This document shows, in pieces, positions 25,101 through 36,687 of a stretch of 64,000 nt of DNA. Under the pieces are notes generated by a model, which was not told where the DNA came from, did no database searches, and was given only the letters and a program-made list of their open reading frames with translations. Origin of the DNA: Antedon mediterranea. Its lineage: Eukaryota > Animalia > Echinodermata. A program made the translations under genes and the position numbers. The stretch covers positions 2,418,001 through 2,482,000 of the forward strand of contig NC_092672.1 in assembly GCF_964355755.1 (NCBI RefSeq), in the 5' to 3' direction. How positions within the stretch are numbered: position 1 is the first letter of the stretch; each line of letters opens with the position of its first letter.

Positions 25101-28100
25101 ATTTAAAAATACATGTATTATAAAATATTATTATGTATACATTTCTGAACCTCTTTTTTTACATTTAGAAAAGATTGAAGAATATCTGCTGCTAACACAA
25201 AAGGAAAACTGCAGGCAGGCCAGGATATTTACACCAGAAACAATGCGTGGTAGATACACAGTTGACATTTCACAGATGTTTACCGATATGGAACTACTGA
25301 AAGAACGTGAAAACAATAAAGGAAACAAACCAACAACATTGGAAGAAGTGGTAGATGTTATACAATCCACACCTGGATGTAAAGCCCTCATAGAAGGGGA
25401 GGGAGGTATTGGAAAAACTACCATATTAAGGCATTTATCGTACAACTGGTCTGATCAATCAATTAAATTATTTGAAGGTAAAATTGTGTTTCTTTTAAGT
25501 TTAAGAGATTTAAAAAAAGATGACGACATATCTGATCTGATTGTACAGCAACTGACAGATTTCAATTTAGACACAGATCTCCCAGAAGATCCACAGTTAA
25601 TTAAGGAATTTATAAATAAACATGACAATAACGTTGTGTTACTACTAGACGGATTAGATGAATTAAGATTTGATAATCAAAGCGTAATTAGTCTTTTCAG
25701 GAAAAAAAGGTTTAAACAAAGTACTGTAATACTTACTTCAAGACCGGAAAACATAGATGAATTTATAAAAGAGTGCAACGTACACATAAGAGTTAGTGGA
25801 TTCAACAAAGAGAGCATTGGAAAGTATATTGAAAAATACTTTAAGCATTTTGAAAATCAACAATTGGGAGAATCCCTTAAAGAAGAGTTGGATATTGACA
25901 CTCTTTTGCCTGGGGAAAAACATCCAGAAGCATATGCAATGTGCAAAAATCCAATGCTACTTCTTTCGATCTGTATGCTATGGGAAGATAATCAAAATCT
26001 TCCTAGTGATAATACTGATCTTTTCAAAGAATTATTTCGTAGTATTTTAAATCAATTTAACAAACAAAAACAATGTGACAAAATTTTAAAATTTGAAGAC
26101 ACCCCATCAAAATATATACACGCTATGATTTTGTTAGGCAAATGTATGTATATAAACTTAAAACGAAATAAACTTTCAATAAAAATAACAGATTTGAATG
26201 ATACACATTCCACAAGAGATATGATTGACATGGCCCTAAAACTTGGATTTGTTTACGAAGAAGCACCACTTTCAAAATCTAATTGTGAAAGAATATTTAT
26301 GCCTCCTCACAAATTGATTGTAGAATCATTGGTGGGATTTTACATGTCTAAATTATTTGAAAGTGAAAATATAAAGGATGACTCAGACATGAGACAATTA
26401 CTTATACCATTGGGTTATAATGAATTGGATGTAATAAAAGGCGGGTATTTCAAAGTTGCGAGACAGTTTGCACTTGGTTTTCTTGATGCTGCAACAGCTG
26501 GTTATTATTTAAAGCAATGGCTTACAAAACATTTCCCATTAAGAAAGAGTAGTAGAATTCGGAAGTTTTTTTTCGGCTTTAAGATTACATACAAGGAACG
26601 ATTTATTGAGAACATTTTAGAAATTAAACCTGCAACCTATGGACTTGTTGGTGTTAGGATTCAGAATGTATCAGGTGATGTATTTAATAACTTTCTTACA
26701 GAATGTTCTCTCAAACAAGTTCAATTAGCATTAGAATATCTCTCTATCAATGGTAATAACCTTCACAACATTGATGTTAATTCACTGTCTACATTACTCA
26801 TTATGTGTCCTAAGCTGACGGAGCTTTACATGAGGCATTGCAATCTATCAGGTGACGTCATCAATCACTTGGGTACAGAATGTTTTCTCAAACAAGTTCA
26901 ATTAGCATTACGTTATCTCGATATCTCTGATAATAACCTTCACAACATTGATGTTAATTCATTGTCTTCATTACTCATTATGTGTCCTGAGCTGAGGGTG
27001 CTTTACATGAGGGATTGCAATCTATCAGGTGTAGTCATCAACCACTTGAGTACAGAATGTTCTCTCAAACAAGTTCAATTAGCATTAGGCCTAACTCATC
27101 TCGATATCTCGAGGACTTTGAGACTATACCGAGTGCTATACAGTACATGCCTCACGACTAAGGAATATTTTTTCTGATCTTTCGGTGATATACGTAACTT
27201 GTCTAGTAGTGACAGTCTTACCAAGTTCGTCCACACCACTATATCGAAGGATGGCGGCACCAAGTATCGTGATTCCACCATTATTTGCAGCTTTCATTTT
27301 CATCGAGACTGGTAGAAGCTGAGTTACTTTCATCTGCAGCCGACGTAAAATATCAGTACCAGCTAAGCAACTTTGACAACCAGTATCAGGCATGACCAAG
27401 GCTTCAATTTTTGGAGTACTTTGTGAGAGGTTATACCCCAGTGCTTGATAGTCCTCTGGTAAGGCTTGTACCATAAGTTTGGTGAATGGATGTGGTCCTG
27501 CTTTCTTTCGAATCCAAGTGTCATTCAAGTCATCATATATGTGATGGCCAAGAGCAAGAGACCGAGCAACGACCATATCTGCATGAAATGTTGTACACAA
27601 CGCCGTGGTACTGTTAGCATCACCTTTCCTTGACGAAGATCGACAAACTGATTCAATATGATGTTTAATGCCACATTTGGAGCAGGTTTTACCATAGGCA
27701 GGGCATACCTGCCTGCGCATCGTTGGTAAACTCTTCGCACCATGTCCCTTATCACCGCAATATGTACAAATTGGGTCAGAGCCAATCTTAGCCTGTTGCT
27801 TTTGCAGTTGTCGATATGAGCTGCTGGCCGATGCTCCTTTGTAAGACGAGACGCGTGATATCAAGTTCCATCCAGGGACCAAAATGTGTAATGTAGTTAT
27901 TTTCCAGGCGAAGTTTACCGACGGTTACCGAAGGGAACACGGGTACTTTTTGTCAGGGAATATAATATACAGTAAAAAGCGTTCGCGTTCACTTCGTAGC
28001 TAGCTTCAGCGCCTAGAAAACCGCGACGTTTCATTGACCGTGAGAGTACGTCAGAGTGATATTATGCACTTTATATGCATTCATTATTGCCAGCGATCTA

Positions 28101-29175
28101 ACTTACTACTAAACAATAGTTAGGTACGCACTTGTCTGGCGGTATCCTTTTGTACGAATCGTTCAACGTTGGGTCGAGACGCGTGATATCATGTTCCATC
28201 AGGGGACCAAAATGTGTACTGTAGTTATTTTCCAGGCGAAGTTTACCGACGGTTACGTCGTGTACTGTGTCGACGTTACAGCAAAAACGAATTATGTTAA
28301 TTGTTCGTATGTTCACCAATTTTTTTAATTTACAAGTAACCTTCTGTACCGTGGGGCACCTAAAATGAATTTTTCATCCATTACTAAACAAAAAAAAACG
28401 TGCCATTTTTGCTTAGCCAACATCTTATTATAGCTAAGTTATTACATTTTCAATGTCCTGTATGTCATGAATTTCTCACCACTCGGAAGTCCAGATGGTA
28501 CGCACGCATACACTTGGGAGGAATAAACTTATTTCCCCGACTGAAAAAGGTCTACTTGCGTTTTTTAAGCATCTAGGCTTGATGTTTCCAAAGTATAAAA
28601 TGCAATTTTTTGAAGACCTGCAGCTCTAGTTTTAAACAGTTTCTTAGCTCAGCCCCAGCAATAAAGCTGGTCATATTTCGAAGTACAAGAAGTGCATTTT
28701 CCGGGACCTAACATCTCTATTTTTCAAACATTTCTTAGCTCAGTCACAACCATGATAGGGACTTATATATTTTGTTTCATGTTTTGAAGTATAATAAGTC
28801 CAATTTCCGGGACCTCCAACTCTATTTTTCTAAATTTTCTTTAAACTTTTTTTTTTTAAATTGAAAAATATGGATTGAAACAGTCATCGCGCATCGTTTT
28901 TTTGCACGCAGTATTTTATTTATGCATTATAAAAAATGGAAAAAGTGGCTACCCTAAATCTGATTAAAATGACCTCAAATGACGCTAGAACGCGTTGCTT
29001 CTGGGGGCTTCGTCCCCTGTCCCCCAGCCTAGTGATGCTCGCTTCGCTCGCATAGCCCCCTCGTCGGGGAATGTAGCCCCCGCGTCGGGAAGATCCTGAT
29101 TGCAATCTATCAGGTGAAGTAATCAATTACTTGACCGAAGAGTGTTCAAACAGAGCCATGACGTTTTTTAAATAA
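22183..29175 (+). CDS. NLR copy B (DED-DED-NACHT-LRR), last LRR interrupted. Exons 22183-22192, 22291-22800, 23250-23345, 25169-27110; ancestral tail 29098-29175; the current ORF stops at 27177
   Basis: Same splice structure and motifs as copy A; tail DCNLSGEVINYLTEECSNRAMTFFK* follows the insert. Confidence 0.88.
23953..24885. mobile_element. Non-autonomous element with 9-bp TSD (AcademH-like) in NLR B intron 3
   Basis: TSD CAAGATAAG (23944-23952 / 24886-24894); empty site in copy A at ~2216; TAG..CTA imperfect ends; related partial reverse copy at ~20150-20293. Confidence 0.78.
27111..27850 (-). mobile_element. LTR-retrotransposon (Gypsy-like) gag zinc-knuckle / aspartic protease fragment
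   Basis: ORF 27136-27882 contains CTYCGDKGH...CPAYGKTCSKCGIKHHIESVC and the protease motif DTG (MPDTGCQSCL). Confidence 0.8.
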
Positions 29176-31465
29176 TTTTACAATCCTATTATAGTGTGTA
29201 CAATTTATATATAATTATAAATAAACATCACCTTTATAAAACTCGCAGAACGTAAGTGTCAATTTGGAAATTCCCGTTATAATTGCATCTGTAATCTAAA
29301 AATGTCATGCAATCTATAATAGATCTTCAAACAAATCCGAAATAGATTATTTTCAAATATATAATTTTGTCTTTTTAAAGAATAATCTCAAAGCAAAATT
29401 TTATTTTTTCAAAAGTGTGTTCCTCTTCTCCTTGCGTCGAATACGCGTACTTCATACATATTAATCATCTTCTTCCTAGACGCGCGCGTACAATCAAAGA
29501 GAGCTAGCTAGCTCTCTGCATTTCTTCTCTACATGCTACATACGCGTGTACAGGATATTATACGTATAAATACTATATAAGTTAGGCAACAATTGTTGCT
29601 AAGTGATATTATTTTTATTTAATTACAACATGATACTGTATGGTAGGAATTGACAATTTATATTCTGTGTGTTTATATTGGTATAATTCAGTTTTTCTTG
29701 GTTTTTCTTTATTTTGTATTTTCTACACATCTTTTTTAACAAATACAGCTCAAATGACCAGTTCTTTTCCGATATTCTTGAGATATTTGATTTGTGGTGA
29801 ATGTGCAATGTATAAAGTCAGCATAACTACACTACCATAGTCATTCATATGTTTTAGTGATGTTGTTTTTACTTAGTTTAACATTTTACGTAGTAGATTT
29901 ATTTATAATCTATTTTAAATTTGTTCATATTTTGGGGGAAATACATGTTTAATAACGATGGTGATATATGGTATTGGCAATTTGATATAATTCATGTCTG
30001 ATATAATAGACGAACATTTTTTATATTTCTTGTTTGTACAATTCTTTTGAATTTGGGCAATTTGTACGATGTATGTATATATATTTATGATAATTTAATT
30101 AATTAATGTAAGTATGTTGATAATATTAATTAGACTCTAAGTAATAAATGTGCCAAACTGTGCATGGCAAATTTCATATTGCGTTAACTTTTACTTGATG
30201 ATGTCAAATAAAAGTAATAATGGTGTAATTCTTAAACGTTGTTTATCTTTTCTTAGCCTTTGTGTGATTGAAAATAATTCATGTGATCAGAGGCAGATCC
30301 AGGATCACATGATCTACCCTCTCGACACCCTTTATTTTCACCGTCTAAACACACCTTAATATGGTCGAACCAGTCAAGATCTTGGACCCCCCTCCCCCCC
30401 CCCCCCCAAGGGATATGCTCTCCTCTCAAATCTATTATTAGCGTAATTGTTCATAAATTCTGGATCTGCGCCTGGTGATACAGTATGTATGTAGCCTAGG
30501 CCTACAGTATTTATCTGCGCCTGGTGATATGTTGGAATACAGTATTTTGGAATACAGTATTTATCACAAATAAATCTGAGACAATCATTTGCAGTGGCGG
30601 ATCCAGGATTTTGAAAAAGGGGCCCAGGGCCTAAAGATAATGTTTTCAATGGATCTAGTTAAAAAAATCGTTGTCGTTTTAACATCAAATTACCTATCAA
30701 AAATTAAATACGGTCGGTACATTTTCACAGAACACTTATTTTTATTGACGTTATATCACGATTCGCCAATTTGATGATGGACAATATAAACCAATGAATG
30801 TTTCATACTGAGAGCAAATCGATTTTATAAATTAATAAAATAATAAATATTTCCAAACAATATTCAAAACAGCATTACTGTACTGGTACTAAGATTACCA
30901 TAAAGACGCCAACAGAAAAACAATATACATATTAAAGCTAGCTACCTTCATTTTGTTTACACATCGAATTTGAATATTACAAGAATAAAACATGATTATA
31001 TAAATATGAAGACAATAGTGATAGTGATGAAGAAGCTGTTTAGATGATTATACAGGTCACGACGAGATACTGATAGTGGTGATCACAACCACGTATATTG
31101 TGTACAACGCCAGCTACCTATTTGAATATTACAAGATTAAAACATGATTATAATCAAATAATGAATATGATAGTTACGAAGACAAATGGTGCTATGTTGA
31201 AGTTACTGAGCGATGATCAACGACGTATACTTTTGTACAGCAATGATGATGCAATGCTACTAGATACATTTGATAACAGTGTAAGTTTTATAAACAAATA
31301 AAAGGAAATGGAAAAATATAAACATTATTATCCTGTTTGTATTTACAAATTATTAAACAAAAGTATAAACTTAATAAACCGTACGCTAAGTCTTCTAAAT
31401 CAGCATAATTATAAATAATTACAAAGTTTGTTTGCTCATGCAGGTATCAACAAAGCAATACCATG

Positions 31466-31641
31466 CAGGGAAAAATTTCATTTTTAAATTTTGTTTAGCA
31501 ATATTGCTAATCAAACTGATTTTTTGAGTCGAGAAACATAGTTTTGTATTGTATTTTTTGCTACACAAATTTAAAAATCTGTAGCAAAAAGGTTGTTTTG
31601 TATAGCTTTTTGCTATGCTACACTGGCGAAATTATTCCCTG
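31466..31641. mobile_element. 176-bp MITE
   Basis: 14-bp TIR CAGGGAA(A/T)AATTTC, flanked by CCATG direct repeats; absent from copy A. Confidence 0.7.
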
Positions 31642-32890
31642 CCATGTATTTCCAATACCACCTTCATAATACCATGTTGTAATATACGTTTACCACAAAG
31701 TGCTAATTATAATATTAGAAAAACTCTAAAAGACTCAAAATCTATCCACCACCTAATCAAACTGGAAGTTAAAAAAGAAATTTTATTTTTTAATAATTGC
31801 ACAAATAAAGGAATGCGTTGCACTGAATGTTTCTTAATGAATAAATTGTATGTAACGCAATAAGTTATCCGAGTGCTTGCCAGGTGATACATAATCTATC
31901 ACGCGCGCAAAGAGTGTTCAAAGAGAAATGATTTTACAATCCTACTAATAGTGCATGTATATATAATTCTATATAAACAGCACATTTTTAAAAACTCGCA
32001 GCACGTAAGTGTAAATTTGAAAATTCTCGTTAGAATTGCATCTGTAATCTATAAACTGCATACTTTATATAATAGATATTCAAACAAATTGGGTAGGCCT
32101 ATTATAGTAATATAATTAATATTATAATTTTATTTAAAGCAAATTTTTACTTTCTCAACAGTTTATTCCTACCTAGCCTACAATGGTATTGTTGCTGCAC
32201 ATTCTGCAGAGGCTCAGAGCACTCACAGTTTGAATACAGATAGTGTTTGTTGTATTTAGGTTGCAAAAAGTTGGTGGACCTAAAAACTGATTCTTCTAAT
32301 CCATACTCTTTAATATTAAACAGATACAATTATGATTGCCTGTACAAAACATCTTTAGCACTTTATTATTAGTTTGGTTAAATAGTATAATATTTTAATA
32401 TAGTAAAATTTGATTATTTCAATACATACATAATTTATTTTTTATGATTTTGTCTTTACATTATTCTTTTAACATTAAAACATTAATTACAGGGAATTGT
32501 ACAAAGCAAGGATATTTCTCCATTTAACAACCACATTGGATTCGATGACATGACTGTGTAATGCATCACATTAAAGTCACATGATCAAGTTTGTTAGTAA
32601 TGTCGTAGCAAGGTCATTGACCTTACAAGCGGTAAACTTGGAAACATGAGATTTAGTAAATATGCACACACAGCGCATGGACTTACTTTTCATTACTAGC
32701 CAATTGGGCAAGTTACATGTTTGGCCATATACCATTTTACTTGCAGAAACCAAACACAATTCATTACACTCTTTAATACAAATGTTGTCTAAGTGCAGAT
32801 CTTGTGTTTTAAATGAGAAGAACAATAAATATTTCATATCACAATTTACACAGATATTTGAATAATATTAGCAAGACAATTGATTTCATT

Positions 32891-35800
32891 TTAGAAGCTA
32901 ACTCCTCCACGTTCTCGGGAAAATCCAATTCGGCTTTGGTTGAACACCGTCGAACTAAGGCCAATGTGAATAGTGAAGCGTAACGGTGCTTCCTGAACGT
33001 TTAGGTTCGAATCTCCAGTTGCTGTTTTGATTGCCTGAACAATTGCATTTTGGAATGCATCAACCTTAAAAGAAAATGAAGAAAGACAGGTATTAGTTAT
33101 AAAGACCTCGGCTGCAGTAGTACCATGGTAGTACATAAGACACTTAGTGAAGTTTCTATGTATTGTTTTTATTAGATTTGAAGGGTGGAAAGTTGAGCCT
33201 AGCTGATAATAAAAATGAAGAAAGACAGGCATTAGTTATAAAGACCTCGGCTGCAGTAGTACATATAGACACTTAGTGAAGTTTCTATGTAATATCTTTG
33301 ATGTTTTAATTCATAGTAATAATTTATTGGCACCACCTGCAGCTGAAATAGTTTCCCTATCTAAAGCGTGGTTCCCACTAGCGAAGTGAATTGACCAATC
33401 ACAAGCGATGGCTTATTCGCTTGTAATTGCTAACTGTCTATAACTTCGCTTGTCATTGGTTAAAACGCTTGCGTTGGGTTTACGTCCTTGCGTTACGTTC
33501 TAGTGGGAACCAAGCTTTACAGTTAGTCTAATTCAGTCTAGTGAATTAGTTCTTGTCAAAAAACATTCATCTAAAGCTCTGTCTACACTATCAAAATAGT
33601 TTGACAAAAAAATGATGGTATTGATATGCCCAAATATGGTAGTGATATGACATCATCACATTTTTTTGTCACATAAAGTTTGATAGTGTATGCAATGCTT
33701 TATAAGGCTAATAAAACAATATCATATATAAAATAATGTGATTTTATTGTAAATTTCAGACAATAAAATAATATTTATTATGTATAGAGAAAACAAATAT
33801 TAAAAAAAGGAAATAATCATGTGTAAATGAAGATACATTAAATTGTACTGTTGAATGAAATTGAGGAGATTCAACAAAAGTGTTGTTTTTTCAATCCACA
33901 ACAAGAAAAACCTCTTTTTTCTAGGCCTTACCTTGTATGTCTTGGCATCTCTTGCTGTGTGTTGCAAGGGGTGCGAAGTTAGTACAATCCATGGTATTGT
34001 TTGACTCCATGGGTTCCATAATTGGGCTAACCCTGGCTCTTGGCCTTTGTTCCAGGATAACTTAACACCCATTCCATCTCTTGGCCTGTAATCATATATA
34101 TTTTTATTTATTTTAAAAATACCTCCTGAAAATGTATGTTGATTTAAAGAGTATATAGTATAATAATACTTTAACAAAGTAATAATCTACACATTTGTCT
34201 AAATCATTATAATAAAACTATAATATATAATTGTTAATGATGGTACTCAAATTAAATTAGGGTGCGCTTTATAGACCCATTGCAAGCAGTATAATGCCTA
34301 TTATTATCAGCAAACAATCTATACTCTTCTTTCTGAATATTGTCCGAGATTAACAACTTAACATCTCATTCAAATAACATTTTGTAATTATCAATACCAA
34401 ATATCATCAAATGAGAGAATGATTTCATTAAAGTTGGATAAGTTAAGCTGGGATAAGTTAAGCTGAGATAATTTGGACTAATCAGTAATTAATAACATAT
34501 TTTCTGGCACTGTTTCAACGCTTACCTAAGTCAACACTCCCAAACATGGATGCATTAGGCCGGTAAAAAATTATGATTTTCAGAATGTATATCAATAAAA
34601 TAAGGAAATATTCACAGAAAATAGATTCAGGAAACCGTTCCCTCAAAAAACAAAACAAAAAAATGTTTCCTACGATTAGTTGACATCGCATTTGACTTAC
34701 TTTACTAGCGTTTTCTCTGGATACTCAAACAACCCTGACTGTACACTGTGCACCATGTTCAGGAGTATCTTCTTGGATTCTTTAATGCGTTCCACAACAA
34801 AGTCGTATTTTACAACCACCAGCATCTTCTCGGTTAACATAACTAGCTTTTCTTTCTCATTGTCCCAGTGGTCAACTCTGTAAAATATATGGTTATGTAC
34901 TTATAGGACATTACAGCAGGATGCTGAGCTCACTTAGCCAAGATAGGAACTTGTTGTAACAGCCCTTTGGGGGTTACAGTTGTGGTTACAGCAAGTACAA
35001 CATTCTCCGGTTTCTGTTTAGGGGCGTGGAACTGATGGTGTTGCAACCACACATAAAACCTTTGATCCAACAAACCTCAACATCCCCTTGTTAGATTTCT
35101 TGGTATTATACACAATTATTATTGCACCGTTGTGTAAATTGCAATGAGCATCTCCTTTTTGATGGGAACCAGTGCAAAATAAGATTTATATTATTGCTAT
35201 TTTATAATCAATTATTTTTAATATACCGTAATACTGTAATAATAAACATAGTATTAGTCATAGCTAAACCTTAACATCAAACCCATTTTAATGAGAACTT
35301 AATTACCATGCATAGTTGTGGAAAGGGGAAGGTGAGGGGGACGAGAGTCAATGTTTGAGTTGATCAAAGAACTTACTCTGTCAACAACCAAACACCTTGC
35401 ACCTTGCCATCCGATTCTGTCAGCACTTTCTGTTTACAGTCATTAACTGCCTCTTCCATCCGACCTCTCTGAAATGATTAAAGTTTTGAAAATTTATAAT
35501 AAGACATGCCACACCCATTGTGATATCGCCCACCAAACTTACTTTGTCCACTTTTTTTTCACAGTCACACCTACCATGTTCATGAATGATGAAGGTATTA
35601 AAATCCTCCCTTCCCACTCTGCTGGTCACACCTTAATTTTATTATTTATAAACATTTTTTATTTAAAAAAATCTAACAAAACATAAAATGTTTTTATTTT
35701 GGTACGGTGTATACAAAACATAAACAGAAAACACACCTTTCCAGCGAAAAAGCAGTCCTGGATTGTATCTGGAAGTGGAGTTGTTTCAGTGCGTCCACAA

Positions 35801-35982
35801 ATAGAGTTAGCCCTGCGCAGGCTAGGAATATCTACGTTCATAACGCTCTCATCCTTCGGGTCATTCGGCGTAAAGAAAGGACTTGCATCATCAGCTAGGC
35901 TCAACTTTCCGCCCTTGAAATCCACCTCTTGATTAGCTAGGTTTTCATCTAGACCTGCACCATTTGATACTGGGTTTGACAT
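32891..35982 (-). CDS. TPRG1L: TPRG1-like protein (hSac2 domain). Exons 35982-35737, 35468-35377, 34877-34701, 34085-33932, 33064-32891 (~280 aa)
   Basis: Spliced frame includes [22 protein letters not shown]...KYDFV, LWNPWSQTIPW and C-terminal IGFSRERGGVSF*; GT-AG sites with consistent phases. Confidence 0.9.
33363..33518. mobile_element. MITE (PIF/Harbinger-like)
   Basis: Inverted ends aaagcgtggttcccactag / ctagtgggaaccaagcttt with TAA/TTA flanks. Confidence 0.6.
33572..33702. mobile_element. MITE family agctctgtctacactatcaaa...tttgatagtgta (other copies ~41143-41302, ~41360-41495, ~49322-49580, partial ~38250)
   Basis: Recurrent inverted termini and internal atcactaccatattt motif; the 49322 copy has an expanded 21-bp internal repeat. 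Confidence 0.75.
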
Positions 35983-36687
35983 ATTTACATAAATATAGCG
36001 TTTTATTTTCAGTTGTTAAACTCCTCGTTTGTTTACCAGTAAAATGTAAACAACAACATCTAAAATGTACGTCGCGACAAGAAGAAAAAAGGGTGCTGCG
36101 CCACCAAACCAAAACAGATTGTTTTTTGTGACATTGGTGGCGCTCTTAAAGTTTTAACATTCGACCGCACGGCGTTTTTGTTGTTGATGATCGCGGGGAG
36201 CAGCCGTACCGAACGTGCATGTGTCGAGCTAGTGGTTCAATGGATGGGTAGCCTAGGCTAGCACCAAACGATTAATTCAGTAAGTTCAGAATATAATAAC
36301 AGTTTACAAACCTGATATAATAAATTATGTTATAAAGTATAGGCCTAGGTATAATTAAAAGCCAGGCGTGGCCCCTAGCTAGGCCTAGATAATATTATAA
36401 TGAGTTTTGATGAATAAATAAATATCGCAAATCACGATGATGATGTAGCCTAGGCCTAGCCTTAGTAGACTAGTATAAAAGCGATATGATATAATAGTAG
36501 GCATAGAGGATTATGCCTACCTATACCGTCTAGGCCTAGCTAGCTAGGCACAACGGTCACTAGGCCTACATACAATGGGAATCCCACAATGCATCTTCAC
36601 ACACAGTCTACATTCATAGTTACTACGAATGTATTTATATTATCAATCATATTCATACATATATTATAACTTAATAGTTGGCAGAAC
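35983..36687. promoter_or_regulatory. Probable bidirectional promoter of TPRG1L / CDK11
   Basis: Divergent ATGs ~700 bp apart; CpG-richer core ~36060-36260; possible non-coding exon donor gtaagt at 36280. Confidence 0.6.

Larger units (their letters stand above)
21342..31823 (+). repeat. Segmental duplication copy B (paralog of 1-12653)
   Basis: Near-identical upstream DNA, exons, introns and 3' flank; homology ends at gaatgcgttgcac (12653 / 31823). Confidence 0.95.

Noticed and set aside
29266-29275. kB-like site GGAAATTCCC just after the NLR stop (GGAAATTTCC at 9921 in copy A)
   Set aside because: A single short motif in AT-rich DNA cannot be distinguished from chance without functional data
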